Shown: in pieces, positions 20,707-30,196 of the stretch | Position numbering within the stretch: position 1 is the stretch's first letter | Layout: each line of letters begins with the position of its first letter | Origin: Escherichia phage vB_EcoM_G2540-3 | Sequence record: MK327944.1 | DNA: 64,000 nt | Reading direction: 5' to 3' (one strand) | Translations under genes and position numbers: made by a program | The notes under the pieces: model-generated | The model's input: the letters and a program-made list of their open reading frames with translations, nothing else | Told to the model about the DNA's origin: nothing | Databases searched by the model: none

Positions 20707-22475
20707 AAAAGCCACAAGAAATGCAAACGATGCGTAGAAAAGTTATTTCAGATAATAAACCAACACAGGAAGCGGCTAAATCCGCTTCTAACACTTTATC
20801 TGGACTTAACGATATATCTACGAAATTGGATGATGCTCAAGCTGCTTCTGAATTAATTGCTCAAACTGTTGAAGAAAAATCGAATGAAATAATTGGAGCA
20901 ATTGACAATGTAGAAAGCGCAGTGAGTGATACTACTGCTGGTTCTGAGTTAATTGCTGAAACTGTCGAAATTGGCAATAATATTAATAAAGAAATCGGTG
21001 AATCGCTCGGAAGTAAATTAGATAAATTAACGAGTTTACTCGAGCAAAAAATCCAGACAGCCGGAATTCAACAAACAGGAACTAGTTTAGCTACGGTTGA
21101 AAGCGCTATTCCTGTTAAAGTTGTTGAGGACGATACAGCTGAATCCGTGGGTCCTTTATTACCAGCTCCTGAAGCAGTTAATAATGATCCTGATGCTGAT
21201 TTTTTCCCTACCCCTCAGCCAGTTGAACCTAAACAAGAATCGCCAGAAGAAAAACAGAAAAAAGAAGCATTTAACTTAAAATTATCTCAAGCTTTAGATA
21301 AATTAACAAAGACTGTTGATTTTGGATTTAAGAAATCTATTTCAATTAGTGATAAAATATCAAGCATGTTATTTAAGTATACCGTTAGTGCTGCTATTGA
21401 AGCTGCTAAAATGACTGCAATGATATTGGCTGTTGTTGTTGGAATAGATCTGTTGATGGTTCACTTCAAATATTGGTCAGATAAATTTTCGCAGGCATGG
21501 GATTTGTTTAGTACAAACTTTACCAAATTCTCTAGCGAAACCGGAACGTGGGGTCCTTTATTACAGAGCATCTTTGATTCTATTGATAAAATTAAACAAC
21601 TTTGGGAAGCGGGAGATTGGGGTGGATTGACAGCAGCTATTGTTGAAGGACTCGGAAGTGTTCTTTTTAATTTAGGTGAACTTATTCAATTAGGTATGGC
21701 TAAATTATCTGCTGCAATTCTTCGAGTCATTCCTGGTATGAAGGATACTGCTGATGAAGTAGAAGGAAGAGCATTAGAAAATTTCCAAAATTCTACTGGA
21801 GCATCTCTCAATAAAGAAGACCAGGAAAAAGTTGCAAATTATCAAGATAAACGAATGAATGGAGACCTTGGTCCGATAGCAAAAGGATTAGATAAAATTG
21901 CTAATTGGAAAACTCGTGCATCTAATTGGATTCGTGGAGTTGATAATAAAGAAGCACTAACTACTGACGAAGAGCGTGCGGCAGAAGAAGAAAAATTAAA
22001 GCAACTTTCACCTGAAGAAAGAAAAAATGCTTTAATGAAGGCTAATGAAGCCCGTGCCGCAATGATTCGCTTTGAAAAATATGCTGATTCAGCTGATATG
22101 AGTAAAGACTCAACGGTTAAATCAGTTGAAGCTGCCTATGAAGACCTTAAAAAACGGATGGATGACCCGGATTTAAATAATTCACCGGCAGTTAAAAAAG
22201 AACTTGCTGCTAGATTTTCTAAAATTGATGCTACTTATCAAGAGCTCAAGAAAAATCAGCCTAATGCCAAACCTGAAACTTCTGCTAAATCACCAGAAGC
22301 GAAACAAGTCCAGGTGATTGAAAAGAACAAAGCACAGCAAGCTCCTGTTCAACAAGCATCTCCTTCAATCAATAATACTAATAATGTTATTAAGAAAAAT
22401 ACTGTCGTTCATAATATGACACCCGTAACGAGCACGACTGCTCCTGGTGTATTTGATGCGACTGGAGTTAATTAA
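20703..22475 (+). CDS. 29: baseplate hub / tail length determinant gp29
   Basis: 590 aa, Ala/Glu-rich helical protein; conserved position. Confidence 0.9.
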   Translation: MKKPQEMQTMRRKVISDNKPTQEAAKSASNTLSGLNDISTKLDDAQAASELIAQTVEEKSNEIIGAIDNVESAVSDTTAGSELIAETVEIGNNINKEIGESLGSKLDKLTSLLEQKIQTAGIQQTGTSLATVESAIPVKVVEDDTAESVGPLLPAPEAVNNDPDADFFPTPQPVEPKQESPEEKQKKEAFNLKLSQALDKLTKTVDFGFKKSISISDKISSMLFKYTVSAAIEAAKMTAMILAVVVGIDLLMVHFKYWSDKFSQAWDLFSTNFTKFSSETGTWGPLLQSIFDSIDKIKQLWEAGDWGGLTAAIVEGLGSVLFNLGELIQLGMAKLSAAILRVIPGMKDTADEVEGRALENFQNSTGASLNKEDQEKVANYQDKRMNGDLGPIAKGLDKIANWKTRASNWIRGVDNKEALTTDEERAAEEEKLKQLSPEERKNALMKANEARAAMIRFEKYADSADMSKDSTVKSVEAAYEDLKKRMDDPDLNNSPAVKKELAARFSKIDATYQELKKNQPNAKPETSAKSPEAKQVQVIEKNKAQQAPVQQASPSINNTNNVIKKNTVVHNMTPVTSTTAPGVFDATGVN

Positions 22476-22483
22476 GGAATAAT

Positions 22484-23578
22484 ATGGCAATTGTTAAAGA
22501 AATAACTGCTGATTTAATTAAAAAGTCTGGTGAGAAAATTTCAGCCGGACAGAGTACTAAATCAGAAGTAGGAACTAAAACATACACTGCCCAGTTTCCA
22601 ACTGGGCGTGCTAGTGGTAATGACACTACAGGGGACTTCCAGGTAACAGATCTATATAAGAATGGATTATTATTTACTGCATACAATATGTCATCTAGGG
22701 ATTCTGGAAGTCTTAGATCGATGAGATCTAACTACTCTTCTTCATCTTCGAGTATTTTACGTACAGCTAGAAACACTATTAGTAGTACAGTATCAAAACT
22801 ATCAAATGGATTAATATCAAATAATAATTCAGGAACAATAAGTAAAGCTCTTGTCGCAAACATTCTTTTACCGAGATCTAAATCTGATGTTGACACATCA
22901 TCACATAGATTTAATGATGTTCAAGAAAGCCTTATCAGTAGAGGCGGAGGTACTGCTACTGGTGTGCTAAGTAATGTTGCTTCAACCGCAGTATTTGGGG
23001 CACTGGAAAGTATAACACAAGGTATAATGGCTGATAATAATGAACAGATTTATACGACAGCCAGAAGTATGTATGGTGGTGCTGAAAATAGAACTAAAGT
23101 GTTTACATGGGATTTGACTCCACGTTCAACAGAAGATTTAATGGCTATTATTAATATCTATCAATATTTTAACTATTTTTCTTATGGTGAAACAGGTAAA
23201 TCTCAATACGCTGCTGAAATAAAGGGGTATTTAGATGATTGGTATCGTTCTACGTTAATTGAACCTTTATCTCCGGAAGACGCAGCTAAAAATAAAACAC
23301 TATTTGAGAAAATGACAGCAAGTTTAACGAACGTTCTAGTAGTTTCAAACCCGACAGTTTGGATGGTGAAAAACTTTGGCGCAACATCTAAGTTTGATGG
23401 AAAAACGGAAATATTTGGTCCATGCCAAATACAGAGCATTAGATTTGATAAAACCCCTAATGGTAACTTTAACGGATTAGCTATTGCTCCAAACCTCCCT
23501 AGTACATTTACTCTCGAGATTACTATGAGAGAAATTATCACGTTAAACCGTGCTTCTTTATATGCGGGGACTTTTTAA
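22484..23578 (+). CDS. 48: baseplate tail tube cap gp48
   Basis: 364 aa; conserved position. Confidence 0.9.
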   Translation: MAIVKEITADLIKKSGEKISAGQSTKSEVGTKTYTAQFPTGRASGNDTTGDFQVTDLYKNGLLFTAYNMSSRDSGSLRSMRSNYSSSSSSILRTARNTISSTVSKLSNGLISNNNSGTISKALVANILLPRSKSDVDTSSHRFNDVQESLISRGGGTATGVLSNVASTAVFGALESITQGIMADNNEQIYTTARSMYGGAENRTKVFTWDLTPRSTEDLMAIINIYQYFNYFSYGETGKSQYAAEIKGYLDDWYRSTLIEPLSPEDAAKNKTLFEKMTASLTNVLVVSNPTVWMVKNFGATSKFDGKTEIFGPCQIQSIRFDKTPNGNFNGLAIAPNLPSTFTLEITMREIITLNRASLYAGTF

Positions 23579-24543
23579 TGTATTCTTTAGAGGAATTTAA
23601 TAATCAAGCAATAAACGCAGATTTCCAACGTAATAATATGTTTAGCTGCGTTTTTGCAACAACTCCATCAACTAAAAGCTCTTCGTTGATAAGTTCAATT
23701 AGCAACTTTTCTTATAATAACTTGGGCCTAAATTCAAATTGGTTAGGATTAACTCAAGGTGATATTAATCAGGGAATTACCACGCTAATTACCGCTGGCA
23801 CACAAAAACTAATAAGAAAATCAGGAGTCAGTAAATATCTTATTGGTGCCATGAGTCAACGTACTGTCCAGAGTTTATTAGGCTCATTTACAGTCGGTAC
23901 ATATTTAATCGATTTCTTTAATATGGCGTATAATTCATCTGGATTGATGATATATTCTGTAAAAATGCCAGAGAATAGATTATCCTATGAAACTGACTGG
24001 AACTATAATTCTCCTAATATTCGTATAACTGGGAGAGAATTAGACCCTTTGGTTATTTCATTTAGAATGGATTCAGAAGCTTGTAACTATCGTGCAATGC
24101 AAGACTGGGTTAACTCCGTTCAAGACCCAGTAACTGGACTACGTGCTTTGCCGCAAGATGTCGAGGCAGATATTCAGGTTAATCTTCATTCTCGTAATGG
24201 ATTGCCTCATACTGCGGTGATGTTCACCGGATGCATTCCAATATCAGTGAGCGCTCCTGAGTTATCGTATGATGGAGATAACCAAATAACTACATTTGAT
24301 GTTACTTTTGCGTATAGAGTGATGCAGGCTGGAGCAGTTGATAGGCAAGCTGCGCTTGAATGGCTTGAATCTGCTGCTATAAATGGTATTCAAAGCGTTC
24401 TCGGAAATAGTGGAGGTGTTACTGGACTATCTAATTCGCTTTCACGACTCAGTAGATTAGGTGGAACTGCAGGAAGCATTTCAAACATTAATACTATGAC
24501 AGGAATTGTCAATTCGCAAAGTAAAATATTAGGAGCAATATAA
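23578..24543 (+). CDS. 54: baseplate tail tube initiator gp54
   Basis: 321 aa; overlapping stop/start with gene 48. Confidence 0.9.
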   Translation: MYSLEEFNNQAINADFQRNNMFSCVFATTPSTKSSSLISSISNFSYNNLGLNSNWLGLTQGDINQGITTLITAGTQKLIRKSGVSKYLIGAMSQRTVQSLLGSFTVGTYLIDFFNMAYNSSGLMIYSVKMPENRLSYETDWNYNSPNIRITGRELDPLVISFRMDSEACNYRAMQDWVNSVQDPVTGLRALPQDVEADIQVNLHSRNGLPHTAVMFTGCIPISVSAPELSYDGDNQITTFDVTFAYRVMQAGAVDRQAALEWLESAAINGIQSVLGNSGGVTGLSNSLSRLSRLGGTAGSISNINTMTGIVNSQSKILGAI

Positions 24544-24547
24544 CAAT

Positions 24548-24565
24548 GGGGACCGAAAGGTCCCC
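24548..24565. terminator. bidirectional terminator between gene 54 (+) and the alt-downstream ORFs (-)
   Basis: GGGGACCGAAAGGUCCCC followed by atatttttattt. Confidence 0.6.
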
Positions 24566-24571
24566 ATATTT

Positions 24572-24862
24572 TTATTTACGGAATGAAATGAAAGCAGCAA
24601 CTGAAGCAACTAAACTGTCTTCAATATAAACTTCAATTTTTACCGGAGCTTCTGACTCAAATTTACCTGTTACTACACCCTGAAAAATACTTTCAGTCTG
24701 TTCTGGCTTTGAAAAATTTTCAGAAGGAAAAATTCCAAACTTTTTATCTGTTCCGAAAATTTTGATAAATTCATCATAAACTGCTTCATTAAAAGCATTA
24801 TCAGCAGGAATAACGCCTTCAACTACAAGTTCTTGACCTAAAAAGCGTAAAGAAGATTTCAT
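24572..24862 (-). CDS. hypothetical protein (alt.-3-like)
   Basis: 96-aa ORF with GAGGA Shine-Dalgarno and the 54-bp early promoter cassette directly upstream. Confidence 0.6.
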   Translation of the reverse strand: MKSSLRFLGQELVVEGVIPADNAFNEAVYDEFIKIFGTDKKFGIFPSENFSKPEQTESIFQGVVTGKFESEAPVKIEVYIEDSLVASVAAFISFRK

Positions 24863-24869
24863 TTTGTGT

Positions 24870-24923
24870 TCCTCATGTTATGTCAGTAAGACTACTATAA
24901 CACAACACGAGGGACTTGTAAAC
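24870..24923 (-). promoter_or_regulatory. early promoter and leader cassette, copy A
   Basis: - strand: GTTTACAAGTCCCTCGTGTTGTGTTATAGTAGTCTTACTGACATAACATGAGGA (TTTACA -35, TATAGT -10, GAGGA SD); identical to 38159-38212. Confidence 0.55.
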
Positions 24924-25280
24924 TACATTTTGAACTTTTTAGTACGCGTAATAGGCATGCGTCGATTTTATACTGTTTCATTGTTTGAAGAGCAGTATCA
25001 AAAACAGCATTAATGACACCAATTGGATTTCCACCCAAGTTTTTAAGCTTAACTAATGATAGTTTCTCATTAACACCTATCATTACGATATGCATCATTT
25101 TATCGCCCGGCTTAACGTTTTATTCGTATCACCGCCAGAGGTGTATGTACAAAATCTAAATCCAGGAAGCACGCTTTCTTCGCCGGCTTGAATAGCAAAA
25201 ATTTGTGGTATTTTATGCTTAGGATTTAAGTTAACAACCGGCGCCGAAGCGCCGTCAAATAATTCTGTAATAAGTTCCAT
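24895..25280 (-). pseudogene. partial paralog of the alt 5' region (~ first 125 codons) split over two frames
   Basis: MELITELFDGASAPVVNLNPKHKIPQIF...FCTYTSGGDTN and MMHIV...QYKIDACLLRVLKS parallel alt residues 1-130; 1-nt difference versus alt at gataaaatgatg shifts the frame. Confidence 0.5.
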
Positions 25281-25283
25281 GAT

Positions 25284-27393
25284 TTATCCTTGAACGAACT
25301 TGTAAGGCATGTTTGCAATATCTATGCAAGACGCAATAATTCCAAGAGATGATTCTACTTTCTGTTTAACATTTGATGAAACAAATGATGCAAAGTCAAC
25401 TCTATCTTCTATATCACCTGTCATTGTAACCAATTCACCAGTTTCCATTAAACGGTCACCGTCATAGATTACCGATTCGGTGAGTTCTTCTGTGGTCATA
25501 ACTTCAGCTTGAATAAGCTTGTTGTTAGTTCTAACTGTTCCATCGTTGTAAGATGCATCGGTTATTTTATTAACTTTGACCATTAATCCACGTGGCAAAA
25601 TGACTTCCATTTCATTTGAAGGCGCTAAACTTCCACCGGGTAAAACAACATTGACCTTATCAGCCCCAGTAATAACCCGCTAAACTTCCACCGGGTAAAA
25701 CAACATTGACCTTATCAGCCCCAGTAATAACCCATCCAATTCCAACTAAATTATCGCTAGAATTTACTAGTCCTTCATCAGTTTTATCAATAGAAACACT
25801 TAGACGCTTTTCGTCTGGTAAAACACCTATAGATGAATCAGTCATCCAAGTACCAAAAATATTTGGATATAATGATGTTGACACAAAGTTTCTAAAATAA
25901 AAAACTCGATTTTTTACCATTGCTTCATATATTGAAGGTAACATTCGTTGTGAACGATACAAAGTAATACCTTTTGGTAATCGTTCACCATTTTTAAAGG
26001 CTGAATCTAAATTATCAATGGCTTGTTCTATTTCAGGTGCTGTTAAAATACTTGTACGCTCATCTGGATTATATAATCCCAAAAGAGCATTATTTATGTC
26101 TACATATCCTGAACCTACATATTCACGAATTCCGCGTTTTTGCGCTGGTGTGTATTTAGATGAATCTTTATTTTCGACTATAGGATGTAATGACCATCCA
26201 GCGGTAAGAGCATATCCACGTAATTCTCTTCGAATAATCTTTGTTTTTATTGCATTCCAAGAATTTTGCACTAACTCATTATTCGCAGCGTCTTGATTTA
26301 AATGCGAATGTCTGTTAATATTTCTTTCAAACCAGGCACCTTTATATTTTTCTAAAGTATCATCGACGATAGAAGCAATAGTTTCTAAAGTTTTTATTGA
26401 AGTAATAGATTCTTTTCGTAATTTTTCTAAAGCTTTATTTTTTATTTCTGCATTAATAATGGATTCTTTATCTTCAGGAATTATAGAAGCTTCTCTGAAT
26501 GCCATCCCAGCTGTAACACTGCTAAGAGCATTCTCTAGTGCAAATCCTGAAGTAGAAATTACCGTTAATTCATTAGAATCAGAAATTAAAGGCGCGTCCG
26601 CTGGTTTATTTAATTCTGCCGCTGAAGCCTCAAATTTTTGAAACATCGGTGTTTCAAATCTAGAAGATTCCAATGACTGACTTTGTGCAATTGCTCTACG
26701 GGAAATTTTAACTTTAACGATTACAGCTTGGTCAGAACGTTTATCATTTTCTTGTGCAATAGATGCTGCAATTGCCTCATTTTTAGTTACTTGAGCTCCA
26801 GTATCTTTATTGATATAAACATCACCGACCTTCGATTCAACTTTAGTAAAGAGCTCGGTACTAATTTCCGGAACCCCTGGAATGTCTTCTAGTGATACAT
26901 TTTTGCGATGTATAAGAATATATGCATACTTTTTATCATAATCCCAGAGTTCCTTAAGAAGGACGTATCTGCCACCTGAACGACTACGGATAAGTCTATC
27001 AGCAATAACTTGAATTTGTCGAGCTTGGCCAGCAGTTTTAGACTTAAGAATACGAAGCATACAAGCATCAATTTTATACTGACGCATTGTTTGCATTGCA
27101 ACAGTAAAAACCGAATTGATATAATTAATTGGGCTTGGACCAAGACCTTTCAATTTAGCAATTGAACCTTTAGCGGTTAATGTAAAAGGAACAATATGCA
27201 TCATTTTATCGCCCATCTTTAAATCACGATTAGTATCACCTCCAGATGTATAGGTACATAAACGAAAGCCTGGTTGTTCAATTGCGTCATCAACATGAAC
27301 TGAAAAAATTTGCGGTATTTTCTTCTTTGGATTTAAGTTTGTAATCGGAAGAGTAGTATCTTCGTCAAATAATTCTGTAATTAGTTCCATCAT
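25284..27393 (-). pseudogene. alt: alt (capsid-packaged ADP-ribosyltransferase), frame broken by a 55-bp tandem duplication
   Basis: 577-aa ORF 25660-27393 with R...STS motif, then 108-aa ORF 25284-25610 in another frame; deleting one repeat copy restores a 684-aa frame. Confidence 0.8.
25624..25733 (-). repeat. perfect 55-bp direct tandem duplication inside alt
   Basis: gctaaacttccaccgggtaaaacaacattgaccttatcagccccagtaataaccc at 25624-25678 and again at 25679-25733, 100 percent identical. Confidence 0.95.
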
Positions 27394-27412
27394 ATCCTCT
27401 CTAGTGTTTATT

Positions 27413-27420
27413 CTATTTAT
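27413..27420 (-). promoter_or_regulatory. late promoter TATAAATA upstream of alt (- strand)
   Basis: tatttata on + strand reads TATAAATA on -, about 20 nt before the alt ATG. Confidence 0.5.
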
Positions 27421-27442
27421 AAAATTAAAGGCCCGAAGGCCT

Positions 27443-27631
27443 TTAGTAATCTAGTGGTAAGAGAGTACGATATATTTCAAACTTTGGTCCTTTTTCATAG
27501 GCATCAAATGTTTCTGTGAATTTATTATAAGCGTATGCATCTACAAATTCGAGAATGACTTGTGATACAGAAGTAGAAACATCTCCACCTTCTTTTTGAG
27601 CAATGACAATTGTTTCTAAGTAAGCTTTCAT
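27443..27631 (-). CDS. hypothetical protein
   Basis: 62-aa ORF; ATGA overlap with gene 30 stop. Confidence 0.5.
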   Translation of the reverse strand: MKAYLETIVIAQKEGGDVSTSVSQVILEFVDAYAYNKFTETFDAYEKGPKFEIYRTLLPLDY

Positions 27632-29091
27632 AGACCAGTTACCTCATGAAAATCACCAAATACATCTTCGAACGTATTAGCTTTAGTTTTATCTTCGCGT
27701 AAACGAATCGCAATCGGAAGAAATAATTTAACGTAATCAGTGCGGCCATCAGATTTTAACCAACCGTTGCATTCGCACTCTAGAATTTTTCCAATATAAT
27801 AATTTTGGTTTTCCATAATGCGAGTACGGTCAAGTTCATGCGATTTTACACCGGCTTTATCTTTTAAGCCTGAACCAGCATTTACCTTAATTTTTCCACA
27901 CTCTGACTCAAGAATAAATCCACCTGCTTTAGTAGGGTCTTTACGGTGAGGATAAATTCCTACAATTTTTAAATCAACATCAATTACTTCTTTAAATTTA
28001 TAGAGATTTTTTGAACGAGCATTTTCCCATAATCCATCGATATTTTTGAGAATAATACCTTCAAGACCTTGGTCAATATACTTTTTATAAATTACCTTAG
28101 CTTCATCTAGGTTATTTACTACCTGGTTTTCAATTAAAATTACTTTATCATAGCCTGATGTCATTTGTTCTAGTTTAGAAAAACGTACATCATATTTCAA
28201 ACGAAATGCAGGAAGACCGTATATTTCTACCAACGGAACATAATCCCAGACCTGAAACTTCATGCATTGAGCTTCTTTTTCAGAAATGGTTCCCTTTAAA
28301 GATTTATTGGCGATGCCATTAGATGCAGTACGTGATTCAGCTACTTCTGTGAAGTCTTTAACTTTACTGTTTTCAGGATGAGCATCAAAAAGAAAATCTA
28401 GGCCTTCTGGCTCCTTTTTAACTTGCTCATGGTATACCAATTCGCCATCAATTAACACGCCTTCTGGATGAATCTGGCGGGCTTCAGCGGTCATTTTGAT
28501 TAATTCTTCCTTAAGAAGATCTAATCCTAGATATTCATTACCGGCTCGTGATAAAAGACGAACATCATCTAATTCATCACCTCTGACTTCGGCAAAGCAC
28601 CGAGCCCCATCAGCTTTTAACTGGGCAAAGGCTGGAAATTTGATATTCTTATTAATGCCTTTTTCATCATAAGAACTTGCAAGCATTTGAGGTTGTTCAG
28701 GAATTAAACCTGGCCAAACTTTGTTTGCAATAGATACTGAAGCACCACATTCAAGGTCTCGCATCATCACTCGACGCAAAACTTCAACATCATCTTTTTT
28801 ACCATCGGTGATATATCCAGATAATTCCTCAATTGCCGCATTTCCGGTCAATTTCCGAGTAGCTAACGTGAATTCAATGAAGTCAAGCATATCGGTAAGA
28901 GTCAACATTCCAAAACTCTGGGTAGCAATACCAGGTTTAGGCCATTTCTTAATATAATACTGCAACCCACGAGAATAAGTCAGACGATATACTCGTTTAA
29001 GCAATTCATTATCTTTATTCTTTTCAAGAATTGCTTGCTTCTGCTTAGTTGAACCAATAGATGCTATTTCGTTCAGAATTTTAAGAATCAT
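27628..29091 (-). CDS. 30: ATP-dependent DNA ligase gp30
   Basis: 487 aa; MILKILNEIASIGSTKQKQAILEKNKDNELLKRVYRLTY... with active-site KADGAR. Confidence 0.95.
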   Translation of the reverse strand: MILKILNEIASIGSTKQKQAILEKNKDNELLKRVYRLTYSRGLQYYIKKWPKPGIATQSFGMLTLTDMLDFIEFTLATRKLTGNAAIEELSGYITDGKKDDVEVLRRVMMRDLECGASVSIANKVWPGLIPEQPQMLASSYDEKGINKNIKFPAFAQLKADGARCFAEVRGDELDDVRLLSRAGNEYLGLDLLKEELIKMTAEARQIHPEGVLIDGELVYHEQVKKEPEGLDFLFDAHPENSKVKDFTEVAESRTASNGIANKSLKGTISEKEAQCMKFQVWDYVPLVEIYGLPAFRLKYDVRFSKLEQMTSGYDKVILIENQVVNNLDEAKVIYKKYIDQGLEGIILKNIDGLWENARSKNLYKFKEVIDVDLKIVGIYPHRKDPTKAGGFILESECGKIKVNAGSGLKDKAGVKSHELDRTRIMENQNYYIGKILECECNGWLKSDGRTDYVKLFLPIAIRLREDKTKANTFEDVFGDFHEVTGL

Positions 29092-29357
29092 TATTTATCC
29101 TTCAGAGTTTGATTTACAGTTCTATTATAAATCAATTCATCATTAAGCTCAGGCAAAGACTTATGATATGTAGTTCTAACTTTATTTCCTTGCATCCAGT
29201 GCTTGACGTAAATGAAACCTTGCTCTACACATTTTTTAAAAATTCGTTCGTCTTTTTGAGCTCGGAATTCTGGATTGCATCTAAAAAATTGATTTACGTG
29301 ACCGTAATCACGTGTAGTATTACCTTCATTTTCATAAATAGTGTGAACAACAAACAT
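29091..29357 (-). CDS. hypothetical protein (30.1-like)
   Basis: 88-aa ORF in tight early operon array. Confidence 0.55.
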   Translation of the reverse strand: MFVVHTIYENEGNTTRDYGHVNQFFRCNPEFRAQKDERIFKKCVEQGFIYVKHWMQGNKVRTTYHKSLPELNDELIYNRTVNQTLKDK

Positions 29358-30196
29358 TAGAATGCTCCTTGGAAAATATTATCACCACAAGTAGGTCTAT
29401 TATACAAATACTCTATACCGCCGGGTTTAATATAGTTCCATGTCTGAAACGGATGCGTCTGATATGGATGATATAGATGATTATAAGGATTAAATCCAGG
29501 AGTTCTCCAGGTAGTGTTCCAAGGAAAAGAATCGTTTTTAATCATCTTTTCAATTACATCTTTTATAGCTTTTTCACTATCAAAACTTTCTTTATTTTCC
29601 TTTGGTGAAAAAAGCTTATTCTCTACATCGTTCCATGTATAAACTCGCTGAGCAGTTTTTGGAATACTGTCACGTTCCCCTCGAGCCATCCAATAAACAG
29701 GAACACTTAATATTTCACTCGCGTGGTCGCAGTGGTGAGCGAGATCGTCAATATAACAAATTACGTTATATTTCTCTTTTGCCTTTTTGAACAACTCTTC
29801 TTTTGAAGAATCATGACCACACATCAGTACTTCTGAGAAGGCACCAGGAAAAAGAGCATTCAAATTAAATTGACGATTCAGCAGAGCGTCAATAGAATCA
29901 CCCAGTGCTGTAACAGCTACAAAATTATAATCTTCTTTTAATTTGTTAATTACACACAGGGCATCTTTATATGGCGACAAGTAACGAATAAAATCTGAAC
30001 GATTGTATTTTTCAATTAGCTTAACGCCAAGTTCTTCATCACAATTAAAAAGTTTACCAGGAGAAATAAATTTCTCATCTTGGATCATTTTTAAAATATG
30101 TTCTAACGGAAGATTATATTTCTGAGCAAAATAAGGAAGGCCTGATTGCCAGCTTAAACATACTCCATCAATATCAGTTAAAATAGTAGGCTTCAT
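29357..30196 (-). CDS. HAD-superfamily hydrolase-like protein (30.2-like)
   Basis: 279 aa; N-terminal DIDGV resembles HAD motif I. Confidence 0.6.
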   Translation of the reverse strand: MKPTILTDIDGVCLSWQSGLPYFAQKYNLPLEHILKMIQDEKFISPGKLFNCDEELGVKLIEKYNRSDFIRYLSPYKDALCVINKLKEDYNFVAVTALGDSIDALLNRQFNLNALFPGAFSEVLMCGHDSSKEELFKKAKEKYNVICYIDDLAHHCDHASEILSVPVYWMARGERDSIPKTAQRVYTWNDVENKLFSPKENKESFDSEKAIKDVIEKMIKNDSFPWNTTWRTPGFNPYNHLYHPYQTHPFQTWNYIKPGGIEYLYNRPTCGDNIFQGAF

